A DNA stretch of 64,000 bases from Hormiphora californensis (taxonomy: Eukaryota > Animalia > Ctenophora): the NCBI GenBank assembly GCA_020137815.1, contig CM035355.1:6138001-6202000 (forward strand), given 5' to 3'. The notes beneath the pieces are model-generated. The model saw only the letters and a program-made list of their open reading frames with translations. It searched no databases and was not told the origin of the DNA. This document shows, piece by piece, positions 16,829-30,084 of the stretch. The translations under genes were made by a program, and so were the position numbers. Within the stretch, counting starts at the first letter, position 1; each line of letters opens with the position of its first letter.

Positions 16829-17940
16829 TGTAGAGTGGTAAATTGTACTCTACAGCCCCGGTGTGAATATGTGTGAATAGTGATTATGTGTGAGTATGTG
16901 TGAGAGTGTTTCTAGAGTGAGAGAGTGAGTGGGGCAGGACACCGTAGGCACCCAGGTTAATTGGCTTTAGGAAATAGTGCGAAGTGGAGGTTAACTCAAT
17001 AAAGCAAGAATGTGCAGCAAATGCTTGCAGTAAATGCTGGTGGGCGGACTTGGTTAATCTAGCGATAATAGGGAATACTATGGTAAGGACAAGCTTGAGC
17101 TTCTGTATAAGTCGGAAACCGGTCGTGGGAGGGCAGCAGGTCTTCGCGGGGAGTGGTTAATTGTATCGGATCAGGCTGATTAGTTAGAGCATCACGTGAT
17201 ACTCTAAAAATGGGTATTTAGGCAGGGTTCCTGGGCGAGGTTGGGGTCAGTCCGTCAGTTCTCTGTTTTATGAGACTGGAACTGGACCCTATATCAGCTT
17301 GTAGAACATACGGTCTTGTCACAGTGTTGGAAGGGCCACACTGAGAGTACGTAGTACTCGTGCCTAAGTTTAGGGAACTTTCCTCTTCAGCTTACTTATC
17401 GGTTCACTTGGAACATGCCTACTATTTGACCAGGATTGAGTTGTGTTGGGCACGACTCACCTGTGGGACCTAACTAGGCCGAGATGAATCACTCGGAGCA
17501 TTATAGTTGCTTTATTCTACATTGCTACCAGCTACAGTGCTGGAGGTTGACGGGTCCTAACGTGGTATAGGAGAGATTGAGATGAGATATGAGCGAGTGG
17601 GATCTTTATACATATGAGTGCTATGAGTGAGGCGTGAGCGCATAGCTGTATCTAACATGAGTGCAAAGTGTGTGACTTTTATGTGTGATGATTGATGATT
17701 ACCATTTAGGGCTGGTATTTCCCGCCTTTGCACCATGAGCTTTGAGTTTCTATTTGACTCGGATAAACGGTATAAATATGGTCTTATCATCACCCAATCC
17801 CGCTTCATTAGATATGTGTTTGGAGCAAGATAAGTAGTATCTTCGCTCCGTAGGTGTGTGAAGTGCATGTTGCATCACTGAGGAACAGGTTGCACATAGA
17901 TGGCTTTTTACAGTCCGGGCCTGAGCTTTACCCACCTACA
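16829..17940 (+). repeat. 3' LTR
   Basis: Direct repeat of 8411-9529 with many 1-bp indels; ends CCACCTACA followed by GAAA. Confidence 0.93.
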
Positions 17941-19284
17941 GAAAGCGCTCAGCTGCATCTCTTGGTTAGCATTGAGTCCTTTTCCACTTCTTTAATCTTT
18001 TCTCTCTTTCTCTAAATCTGAAATTCACCGCTGGTAGATGATTGTAACTAACTCAGATATGCCGACAACTAGCTCAAGGAGCTATGTGAACCTCACACAC
18101 ATTGTGAACACATTGTGAACACACACATTGTGAAGATATGTATAAACTTCTACTGCTCTAGAAAATTTACACACACACACACACCCTTTGCACACACCCT
18201 CTGCACACACCTTTACGATAGTTACAGTCCTAGTGAACCCCAAACGTTAGGGGTACACTAAGACTGTAACCAGGGGGCAAATTATCAATGCCAATGACCA
18301 ATGTGTATGAGGGGCAAAGTTAAAATCTGGGTGCCTTCCATTGCTAACAATTCATCGATTTTGGCGGTCGAGACGGGTGAGGGTCTGGTTAGAATTTGGT
18401 TTAGTGTAATCGGATAGTGCTACCGGTTATCTATCAGATACCGTTTAGTTTACTCAAATTGGCCATGTGGTTGCCCGTTGCGTGGCTTACGCTCCAGTTG
18501 CAGATTGGAGGCTGGCTCCAGTTTCTGGCGCCAGCCTCCAGTCTGCAACTGGCGCAAGCTGGGAGAGTCCCTGTGCGCGCCAAATCTTCGTTGACTAGCA
18601 GGGTTTTCGATGTGAATTGCATGTAAAGTAGCGCGCGCGGCAGTGTCAGCAGTGTCAGCAGGGGCCTGCTTCATTGTAACTAACGTCAGTCGCAAAATCT
18701 CTAACTGGACCTATAGCCGTTTAAAAATTCGGTCCAGAAAATAAGTGTAATAATAATAATAATAATAAACATTTGATATAACGCTTTTATGCGTTATAAA
18801 TGGAGGAAACAACTAAAAAACCTAATGGCTAGTGTTGTATGAACATCTCTCCACCGCGACTAAAGTACTCTTTTTGCAAGCGCACCTGTAACAGGCTGCA
18901 AAGCACCCATATCATAATCGCGCCCTGTGAGACCCGAGTGAGGGCCATTTTTGTTTGGATTTTTCTTTATTTATCAGGAAGAAAACGGGGTCCTCCATCC
19001 GGAGATGAACAGATGACAAAAAACGGACTTCAAAAATAAAAGGAACATACACTACACAACCCACTAGGGACCTCAGGGGTGAAACGGTGCAGAGCAGCCA
19101 CTAGACACGGTGAGGTGTGAATCAAGTCATCATATGGTCCCTGTGTGGGTTGTGCAGAAAAATAACTTAATCAAACGCCTACACACTAAAAAATTAATAA
19201 ATAATATAAAAAGAGTCTCTCATCTCTAATGACATTTCACAGGTTGAAGTCAAAATTGTCCAGTGTTGGTGTTCTTAGGTAGTA

Positions 19285-19998
19285 CAGTCGGACCCCGATT
19301 TACCGGGCCCCGATTTACCGGAACCCCGATTTACCGGGAGGATTTCTTTCCCCCGATTTTTTTTTGGAAAATTTTCGAAGTTTTGCCGGTTGGTAAACTT
19401 GCATTTGCAATTCGCTAGGTCTAATGGGGATCACGTATCGGTTCGTTTCAAACCTTCTAATTAGTGGCAGGACACGTGATAAGATGCACCGATTCGAAAC
19501 ACGATTCGAACGTGGCTGGTATACCTTAGAAAAATTTCATAACTTTTTTTGCAAAATTTTACAGAATCATTGTCGATGCTCCCCGTAAATTTTCAGAGAA
19601 AAAGTTATTTTGAAACTTTGATACTTCTTCACCCCGCTTAGAGTGCCCAGATTTGGCATGGCATCACGTATCGGTTCGTTTCAACCGTCTAATTAGCGGC
19701 AGGACATGCGATAAGATACATTGATTCGAAACACGATTCGGACTCGGTCGGGGTGGTTTACCTTAGAAAAAGTTTTTTTTTAAATTTTCTATTTCTAATG
19801 ACAGAAGCAATGATCATATTGTCATCAATAAATGTATACTATACAGTTAGAGGTGTCTTGGTATAGAATTTTGGACAAAAGTAGGATTTATGGGTAGGGT
19901 TTATGGGTCAAATATGCTCTACCCCGATATACCGGGCACCCCGATTTATCGGGCAAAATGGCTTCCCCCGAGGATCCCGGTAAATCGGGGTCCGACTG
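19285..19998. mobile_element. Tc1/mariner-pogo-type MITE
   Basis: TIR CAGTCGGACCCCGATTTACCGGG / CCCGGTAAATCGGGGTCCGACTG; TA on both sides; subterminal CCCCGATTTACCGG repeats; internal ~80-bp direct repeat (about 19430 and 19663). Confidence 0.9.
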
Positions 19999-20213
19999 TA
20001 TACAACTTTACTTTTTCAACTTTTTTCAACTGAATATTTGAGACGCCGCGCCATAGTTTTATTTTAACGCTGCATCTCACTTAGTTAAAGTAACAATCTT
20101 ACTTCGCGCGTCTTTTGTAAAGCCGCGCCGCGCGTTTGACATCAAAAGTTTCAAACATGAACAAATTTTTAAATCGACCAACAAAAAAATTAAACTTGTC
20201 TTGTTTGTTCAAA

Positions 20214-21255
20214 ATGGACCTCTCTCGTGAGTTTGGCGATGAATCAACGCCAAGCAATGGTCTGAAGTGAGTGTAGATGGCATAGAAAAATTAAGAGCTA
20301 AATTTTGGCTAAATTCTCTGACATTTACTCCCCACAGACACCCAACGGCATCGCTTTTCCACATTCTTTTCCGGTCCCTTGCGATCGTAGCATATCTTTT
20401 TGGATCGTTAGTGTTCGGGAAATTTACTCTAACATTTGTTATGGGTGAGTGAAATCTTAGTTCTTTCTTATGTTACTATGAAATCTTTTTTGGCGCAACT
20501 CACGAGTGGTGAACTATCAGAGAGAGCGCTGGTACCTTTTTTCGTGAATCTATTCGCTGTTGAGTGGTCTATTAAATGCAAATTTTACAGTTTTTTGGTA
20601 ATTATTAACACTACAAAGCGGCTTAGTGTGACACAAATGTTTAATTTTCATTCTCTAACTTTCTGGTTCCTCAGTTGTGTTGCTGTTGGCGGCAGATTTT
20701 TGGACGGTTAAAAACATCACCGGGCGCCTAATGGTGGGATTGCGCTGGTGGAATAAAGTAAATGAGGATGGAACCACGGAGTGGGTGTTTGAGAGTCGGA
20801 AAGAAGGATCCGCTGCATATCACTCTGAAACAGAAAACAGGATCTTCTGGTCCGCCATGTTTATCAGTTCTCTTTTCTGGGTAATCTTGCTGATCAAGAA
20901 TTTACTGGGACTATCTCTCGCCTGGATGGTGGTGTGCCTTACTGGGGTATGTTTTTACCAATTGAAATATCTACCCTACACTGACAAATCGTGATAGATG
21001 AACTAGTTCAACATACGATGGCTACCAATAAATTATGCCCCTGAAGTTACATTCAACTAACTTACAAATTATCAAATTACCCCCTCATTGCAGGTCGCTC
21101 TAAATGCCGCCAATTTATACGGCTATATCAAGTGCCGAAAGGATGCCAAATCGAAGGTCCAGGGAGCAGTGGGAGAGTTTATTGGTAGAAGGATGTGGAG
21201 CCAGGCATTTGGTGGCAATCAGCAGCAACAAGACAACCAACAGACAGGAAGATAA
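20214..21255 (+). CDS. TVP23: Golgi apparatus membrane protein TVP23 (FAM18), 4 exons
   Basis: Signature motifs KHPTASLFHILFR, LLLAADFWTVKNITGRLMVGLRWWN, WVFESRK and LNAANLYGYIKC across GT-AG exons; TAA at 21253-21255. Confidence 0.93.
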
Positions 21256-21815
21256 CTTTGGGACGATCAGCAGACACGATTACTTCGTGTAGAATTTTAC
21301 TTTGGGACTGACAATTATTAACTGGGAAAATTTGGGACGGTTTTAGAGATCTGTACTTTACAGGGGGATATATTTGTAAAATAATCGCGATATACTGTAC
21401 TTTTGCATGCGAATTTTGTTCAATTCCGGAGATCAGATTTCCTTATCTTATCCAGTCTTATCCAGGGAGCTCCCCCCCCCTCTCAACGGCTCATTCTAAT
21501 CTTCTCAGTTCCTCAATTGTTCATTTCTTGCTGCTGTCCCTCTCTCATCCCAGATCTACTGTCGTCCCCAACTTCACTTTTGAATTTCTATCGGTCTTTC
21601 TCATCTCCACCACTACTCTCTTTCTCCCTCTCTGTGTCCCTCACTTATGAACTATACCTCTCTCTCATTCTCTTTCTAGCTAACCTCACCCCTCTCTCCC
21701 TCTGCTCCCCCACTCTCTCTTTCTCCCCTGTCTCATTCTCTTTAGCTAACCTCACCTCTCTCATCTTAGCTCCACCATCTCTAATATTTCTCGCTCTCTA
21801 TCTCTTAGCTCCACC

Positions 21816-22006
21816 ATGATGAACCCACTGGTTTATGTGAGGACGGATGGAGGTGGTACTGGTGGAGGAGGCGGTGGAATGGTTTCAGAGGGAGGCGCTC
21901 AACAACAAGCTGCTCCTCCCCCTCAAGCACCCCCCGGCATGATGGGATTCCCCTTCCAGGGAGGTAGGTTGTTTTGATCTGTACTTCTCTTTATAATTTT
22001 TCATTT

Positions 22007-22083
<77 letters not shown>

Positions 22084-25000
22084 CCAGGTATGGTAGGACC
22101 TCCAGCAGGATTTACCCCCATGTACTTCAACTCAATGACGTTTGATGGAAAGCGAATGAGGAGGGCAGTTCTCCGAAAAACAGTCGACTATAATTCGCCC
22201 ATCTTTGAATTTTTAGAGGTAATATCACACTTCCTTCTTCATAGTTATGATATTACTTATCTAGTATCTTTCCCGTATTTTAATTTCTATATCTTCTCCT
22301 CAGAACCGGTTATTCAGAAAAGTAACTCACAGTGGTCGAGTATTACAACCCCATAAAGCGTACTACGTAGACGTAAGTGTACTGAAGTCTTAGATAACCA
22401 ATCTAGCCCCCACACAGTGTATAATACCACTTTTCTTCGGGGGTTGAGTGGCGGCTAGGTTATTAGGAAATGTCCCAATAATACGGGCTAGCCTCCCACT
22501 TAAATATCGAGCTATAAGGGGGGGTGACCTAAGGAAGTTAATAACGCCCAATTTTCTTTACAGATGCTCCCACCAATGGGTATGTTGGATAACCCAGTGA
22601 ACTCAGTAACAACAAGATTCGTTAGGACAGCAACCAATAAATTCAAATGTCCCATCCATATTGTCCGGGTAAGACACGGAGAGAGAAATAATGGAAGAGA
22701 CAGCGAGGCAAGAAACATTATAATGAGATACAGTGAGAGAGAAAATTATTCACACAGCTAGTTTGATAATTGTAGTTTCACGGCCCTAAAAAACGAAACT
22801 AAGATCCAGCTGTGGGCTTGGAATTTGCTTCACAATTTAAACTCTAAACCACCGTACCCTGATCTTTAAATATCTGTGTGCCTAGTGGACAAAAGAAGGT
22901 CGAAGGCTTGTAACTGCAACAAGTAATGGAGAGTTTACACTTTGGAACGGGCTTACCTTCAATTTCGAGACTATACTCCAGGTCTATAGAGTGAGAGAGA
23001 GTGAGATAGCTGAGTCATAAAACATCTTTCTCCGTGTGTGCTTCTAACCCACTTTAGTTTGTACCCGATGGGAGGAGGTGTGTGTCAGGACAATCCAGTG
23101 GAGAGTTCACCCTGTGGAATGGGGGAAATTATGTGTTCGAAACGAACATTCAGGTTAGTGGTGTGGGGATGTATTAACAATAGTAACAGTATTAACAATG
23201 TTAACAGTAATATGACTCTTTATTAATTATTTAAATTATCCGATGAAGTCTTATGCATGAACTCTCTTTAGTTGTCCGTTTTACTCCGCTGATGATTTTG
23301 CATGGCTGTTGAACCCTTTATTCACTCTGAAACAGATTTTTGGATTTTCTCCATCTTCTCTCTTCCCTTTGCTGTGCACTCCTCTCTCCAAGTCACATAA
23401 CATAACACACCTTCCAGGCACACGACACGGCACTCCGGGTTATGGAGTGGAACAAGACCGAAACCTGGCTACTAACGGCCGACCACACTGGCAATGTAAA
23501 ATACTGGCAGAGTAACATGAACAATGTTAAAAGTTTTGATGCTCATAATGAAGTGATACGAGATGCAAGGTGATCGATTGTTTGTTTGTTTGTTTGTTTG
23601 TTTGTTTGTTTGTTTGTTTGTTTGTTTGTTTGTTTGTTTGTTTGTTTGTTTGTTTGTTTGTTTGTTTGTTCTGTGTCTGGAGGAGTGTTATCATCATTAC
23701 TCTTCCTTTGTCAGCTCTCATCCAATCAGGATTTAGTTAGTTACTTTCGCTCCCAGTTTTTCCAAGTTTTTCACACTAGCCCAATTGCATTTCAGTTTCT
23801 GTCCCACGGATAAAAAGTTTGTCACATGTTCAGATGACAGTCTTGTCAAGGTTTGGGATTTCTATTCGTGCACAGAGGAACGAGCCATGAGAGGTTAGAG
23901 CATTCTTTTATGCGCTATATTTCAGTACTCTCATCTTTTTTCATTCATTCTATGGGACCTAGATTTACCAGGATCTTGATTTATTGTTCAAGAACCCTTC
24001 CCGGTTCCCCGAAGGAGTTTGATGCCTCGCAGTCCCCCCACAGATCTAGTTGCTGACACTCCCCTGCTCTCCCTCAGGTCATGGTGCGGAGGTGAAATGT
24101 TGTGATTGGCACCCCCAAAAGGGGCTCATTGTGTCAGGGAGTAAAGATACCCAACAACCTATCAAGTTATGGGACCCCCGAATGGGCACTTCCCTCTCTA
24201 CATTGCATCTTCACAAGGCAACAGTTACAAGAACAAAGTTTAACAGAAATGGGAACTGGCTTCTTACCTCATCCCGAGATCATCTTCTAAAGGTAATAGC
24301 TGTGCTGGCTAACTTACCCGGTGGACAATTCTAACATTCGCTGATTTTATTAACATCGTGCTGATTTAAGTTTCGGCAGTGAAACTAGTGCACGTCACCT
24401 CTTATCAGTTATCTTATCTTTAGTCTTCTCTCCACTGCACCATAACACCTGATCATGTAACAAGACTGGAAAGTGGAAGATTGTGTATCCCTGATCCTAG
24501 AAATTTACCCCCCCCCCCATTCCCCTATACTACTAGATATTTGATATACGAGCGATGAAGGAGATGCAGGTATTCAGGGGACACAAGAAGGAAGTCATGT
24601 CTATTGCCTGGCACCCCGTACATGAGACCATGTTTGCGAGCGGCGGTGCTGACGGTAGTATACTCTTCTGGATTGTCGGGTAGGTGCTTCCACCATAATG
24701 ATTTCTCAGGTGTATACAATATCTTGAGACTTGAGAGTTTGTATAAAGCCCGCCCCTGTCTCCTTATAGTACCGGAGGTTGGTGGAACATGTCCACTACT
24801 CTCTTCATAACCCCCTAAATCCTAATATCCCCCCTCATATCCCCCTAAATCCTAATATCCCTCCCCCCCCCTCTCAGTACCGATAGGGAGGTAGGTGGGA
24901 TGGATAACGCACACGATGGAATGGTGCTCTCCCTAGATTGGCATCCTATTGGGCATGTCCTGGCAAGCGGGAGTAATGATCACACTGCCAAGTTCTGGTC

Positions 25001-28000
25001 ACGAAACCGGCCAGGTAATATATGATTAGCCACTCACCGGAAGTAACGCAACTTGTTGCACCTCTTTCTCTCTTTACTTCTCAAATCCCGAAACCAAAGC
25101 CTATTCTTTCAGTTATAATCACCTCAGCTTAGATCCAATAATATCCGAATAACTCCCCTCCTCTTCCAGGTGATCTGATGGAGGACAAATACAACCTGAA
25201 CACGAACCCTAATGAGGGTCTCCAGGATATAGCAGACATCCATGAAGCAGCCATGAACGAGGATCCGCATGGTCTACAACAAGCAGAGGAGCCGGTTGTG
25301 TTAGATCCTAATGTGATACCGGGCCTGGGGGAACTGAAGGATTTGTGGGTGGATGATACGGTTATGAACACACTCGTTCCTTCAAGGGTTAGTAGTAGTT
25401 TGGTTACGAAGTCATAAATTATGATAGCGGGGGACGAGCCGTACCTCCGAAACGGTGATAGTTGTGCAAAAACAAACTACGGGAACATGCTGGAACAATT
25501 CCTGGACGACTTTTTGCAAATTATGAAATTTTTATTCAAAAGTTCATTTTTCATGCATGAACTTTCTACACGTTCATTAATGAACAAATGACTATAATTT
25601 ACCGAGAGTTTGGCATTTTGTTTGGGTTGAATTTATCTTTCCAATGAGCACCATAAAAATCAAATTGAAGCACCAGGTCACATGGCAGTTGAGAAAATGC
25701 ACATGCATGATTTTGGCTCTTCCTGCGACTTTCAATCGGCTGTATCACGGCTACCTTTTGTTCAATGTTTTCAAAAATTTGGGAGAACATCGGATAAGCA
25801 AAGATCTTTCCTCACAAGAAAAATCAAGGTCAAAACTCAAAGTTCATTTTAAAGTGTTGGTAGTTCATTCCACTCATTCAGGAACAAACTTCCCTAAAGT
25901 GATGAAAAGTGATGGTTTTTGTTTGGCCGATACCCTGCAATGATAGAGAGGTGTAAAAATACGTTTCCGGGCTAGTTAGTGAGTGTCCATGTGATCATGA
26001 TGATATCTGACACCTTTTCTGAGCCATAATTAAGGGATTTTCTTAAATGCAAACATGTGATTTGAGTTTTCGCGATAGGTATCGTGCAGCAATGTTGAGA
26101 GATCTCATACATCTCATAGCACCTCAAAAATGATGATTAGTTCAATGAAAAGAGTTGATTTATGATAGAAAAGATTAAAACAGACGTCAAAATGAACTAA
26201 ACGATAATTTTCGATCATAAATCAACTCCTTTCATTGAACTAATCATCATTTTTGAGGTGCTATGAGATCTCTCAACATTGCTGCACGATACCAGTCACG
26301 CGAACTCAAATCACATGCTTGCATTTGAGAAAATCCCTTAATTATGGCTCAGAAAAGGTGTCAGATATCATCATGATCACATGGACACTCACTAACTAGC
26401 CCGGAAACGTATTTTTACACCTCTCTATCATTGCAGGGTATCGGCCAAACAAAAACCATCACTTTTCATCACTTTAGGGAAGTTTGTTCCTGAATGAGTG
26501 GAATGAACTACCAACACTTTAAAATGAACTTTGAGTTTTGACCTTGATTTTTCTTGTGAGGAAAGATCTTTGCTTATCCGATGTTCTCCCAAATTTTTGA
26601 AAACATTGAACAAAAGGTAGCCGTGATACAGCCGATTGAAAGTCGCAGGAAGAGCCAAAATCATGCATGTGCATTTTCTCAACTGCCATGTGACCTGGTG
26701 CTTCAATTTGATTTTTATGGTGCTCATTGGAAAGATAAATTCAACCCAAACAAAATGCCAAACTCTCGGTAAATTATAGTCATTTGTTCATTAATGAACG
26801 TGTAGAAAGTTCATGCATGAAAAATGAACTTTTGAATAAAAATTTCATTATTTGCAAAAATTCGTCCAGGAATTGCATTGTTCCAGCATGTTCCCGTAGT
26901 TTGTTTTTGCACAACTATCACCGTTTCGGAGGTACGGCTCGTCCCCCGCTATCATAATTTATGGGCCACCTTGTATCCGTGAGCTTGCATTGAGGGGTAA
27001 TTTCATTACCAAAGTAGTAGTAGAAGTTAGGAAATTGGGAACTGTGCCTTGTTGTATAATCTCATGTTAACACCCTACCTATGGCCCCTGTTACTACAAT
27101 TCAAATGTTAACCCCCCACACTACAATACTGATAACACCCCTCACCACTGTTACCTCACTCATTTTAAAGGGATACTGACATATTCAAATCGACCATCTC
27201 AAATTTTAATAAAACATTGCTCAATGACATCATCTGAGAGAATAAATACATTGTGTCGAAGTCCGAGCTCTCTACTCCCTCTACTTCTCAAGATATGGGG
27301 TCTCAAATATTAACACCCACTAATTGGTTTGGGTAAGAGGAGGAGACCAGCATTACAGATTACAGGTAAACACGAGCCTGTTTATATGTCATTATCTCAG
27401 CTAATACACATGCGATTTTGACCGGGTTTTTTCTAAAAACTTTAAGACCACTTCTAGTTTCCGTTTTTGGTTTCCATTTGGCTCTAGACTTGTCATGAAT
27501 AGATAGAACTATATCTAAGCAAGACGGTGATATTTTTGAAATGTATGCCTTCTTAGAACAATATTATCATGGTATTCAGTAACTAATGTTAATAAAATTT
27601 GGCTGTACTTCCTCAATTTTACATCAAGATGTTAATATTTATCCCACAGTCAATAACATAGTCTATAGTTATCAGCCCTGAAATGAATATTGTATCCTAG
27701 GAGAGTATAAACTGAAAAATTTAGGCAACTAATTGGTATAAAAGGCAAAACCACTATTATACCCGACTAATTTTGATACGTTGAATCACATAAGCAACTT
27801 TGGCAAGCGCTCAGGGGTGGAGAAAGTGCCCTAATTGAGCATAATCGGGTCTAAGTGATCGTAACTGTAACTTATCGCATGAAAATGCTATCAGTTCATG
27901 TGAGAGCACTATCCCCACTAATTTTGATACGCTGAATCACGTAAGCGGCTTTTCCAAGCCGTCAGAGGTGAAGAAAGTGTCCTAATTGAGCATTATTCAG

Positions 28001-30084
28001 TCTAATTGGCAATAATTGCATTTTTCAAATGGAAATGCTAAAAGATCGTGTGAGGGCACTTTACACACTAATTTTGATACGTTGAATCACTTGAGCAACT
28101 TTTACAAGTCCTCAGAGGTCGGCAAAGTGCTCTAATTGATCATAATTGGGTCTAATTGACAATTCACTCCAGTTCACCTCAAACTGCAAAGTTTACTTGT
28201 TTATTTACTGATTTATTTATGATTCTGATACATCATATGAAAATACTAAAAATTTTAAACATTTCTGACTTTCAGAAAAAAATCCGATCAAAATCGTGCA
28301 TGTGAAAGTTGAGATATTGATAGATAAACATACTCATGTTTACATGTAATTTGCAATACGGCTCTCCCTCTATACCCAAACCAATTAAGAAGTGATAAAA
28401 GGTGGGGCCCTGTATCTTGAGAACGAGAGGGAGTAGAGAGTTCGCACTTCGACTCATCGTATTTTTATCTCCCAACCAGTTACCACACCCAGGATCGTTG
28501 AAAAAGTCAAACATTTTTGAATATGTCAGTATCCCTTTAACACCCCTCCAATTATTGCAGATTCCACTAAGGCACAGCGGTGATACGCGACAGAAGCAAG
28601 CCATCATCCCTCAAATACGAACTGAGGTGGTACCTGGGCTTCAGATCATGTCCGAGAAGATAAAGGGAGATTTAGATATTGCTGCATTTGAGAAGGTTCA
28701 CCGGGAAAACCCATATCATCAGGTGCGTGGGACTCTCTCTTACTTACTAGTTACTTGATACTTGAGACGGTCTCCTCAATCATTTGAGCGTATTCTCGCT
28801 CTCAGCTACGTAATAAGCTGTCTCGATTTCTTTCTGTTTGCTGTCGTCTTAGTAACAGCACGGAGAGACGGGGATTTTCCCGTACTAGCATCTCGTCTAA
28901 ATTCACAACCCGTAGGTATGGGGTGGTGACAGGGATGGACCCGGACCCAACCCACCACTCAAACCCAACAACAACAACCCTCCTACTGGTGGTACAGGGG
29001 GACCTGGAGGAGGAGGTGGTAATTTCAACAAGAATGATGATTATGGATTTGACCGGAAGGGCGTCTACGTAGAACAAGGTAATTTGGAAAACAATAAGAG
29101 CTGTCGGGATTCGGGGGAGCTGGTGCGGTGCAATAATGAATTTCGGGGAGGAGGGTTCAAAACGAGAGATACATATTTTTTTTGGGTGCAAATATTATTT
29201 TTTGAACAAGGTAACACAAGGGGCAACAACAACAGTATTAATAATGGTGTTGGTTCGTCGTCTTCGTGGCGGGAAAATGTTAAAAAGTCATGGGATACAG
29301 CCGGTAGGTGGGAGCTGATACCGGCATGTCCAGTAGAATGTAGATAACAACATGATTGTGGCATGTCTAGTACGTGATTGTAGTATGCCTAATAATGAAT
29401 AATGAATAATGTAATGCATGTGTAACGAAGACGCTGTAAAATGTAAATATATTTGTCATGCTTGTTATGGGATTAGGGGAAAAGGGTTGAAAACTCCGGG
29501 TAATCTATTTTTTGTTCGAGTTTGCTCAGGACTGACAAATCGAATGATTGAAATTATAATGTATTAATCTAAATTAGCACACATAACAATAATTGCAATG
29601 ACACATGTATTTCAGATATATCAGCATTCTACAACAGTGTGGGACAGGCAGGACCAACCCGGCGAGGACCCCCAAGTGGAGAGGGACCTCAACCACTCCT
29701 GGGAAACAGACCTAGCAACGGTCCATCTAATAGAGGTAGGAACTTTAACCAGATCCTCTCACTCCTTGATCTGTATTCTTTATAATATAAAATGCGGCGT
29801 GAGCCACACAACTCACAAATAAAGCGGCACCCCGCCACCGAGCTGTGTTTTGATTAAACTCCTTACCACTTCAAGTGCGATTTTTGTTGCTCCAATATAA
29901 CTTTATCACTCCCACACTAGGTCGATTGATGGGTGATCGTCCCTACCCAGACAACAAACCACGTGGAGGTGGTGGTGGTGGTTCCTGGAGGGGATCAGGC
30001 GGTGGAAGGGGAGGGAGGGGAAGGGGAAACGATCGGGGAGGGGGCAGAGGACGGGGTGGTGGTAGAGGTGGTAATCGTAACTAA
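21816..30084 (+). CDS. WDR33: Pre-mRNA 3'-end processing protein WDR33 (CPSF subunit), multi-exon
   Basis: [119 protein letters not shown]; Gly/Pro and RGG-rich tail ending at 30084. Confidence 0.95.
23577..23670. repeat. (TTTG)n microsatellite
   Basis: Tetranucleotide run in a WDR33 intron. Confidence 0.95.
25413..26963. mobile_element. Large foldback (palindromic) element in a WDR33 intron
   Basis: Two near-identical inverted arms of about 750 bp (CATAAATTATGATAGCGGGGGACGAGCC... / ...GGCTCGTCCCCCGCTATCATAATTTATG) around a spacer near 26165-26215; produces mirror ORFs on the track. Confidence 0.9.
27169..28536. mobile_element. Non-autonomous DNA transposon with TTAA TSD (Kolobok-like)
   Basis: TIR AGGGATACTGACATATTCAAA / TTTGAATATGTCAGTATCCCT; TTAA at 27165-27168 and 28537-28540; subterminal inverted similarity; three internal ~150-bp tandem units. 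Confidence 0.87.

Larger units (their letters stand above)
8411..17940 (+). mobile_element. LTR retrotransposon-derived element, non-autonomous (no gag/pol ORF)
   Basis: LTRs at 8411-9529 and 16829-17940 with TGTAG...CTACA termini; 4-bp TSD GAAA (8407-8410, 17941-17944); PBS after the 5' LTR; PPT before the 3' LTR; longest internal ORF 130 aa. Confidence 0.92.

Noticed and set aside
20005-20042. ACTTTTTCAAC...ATTTGAG, loosely like my recollection of ctenophore spliced leaders
   Set aside because: Not followed by a GT donor, no evident Sm site or stem-loops, and I cannot verify the leader sequence; not called as an SL RNA gene.
25599-26772. Identical 99-aa and 63-aa ORFs on opposite strands
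   Set aside because: Mirror products of the 1.55-kb palindrome; no recognisable domain.
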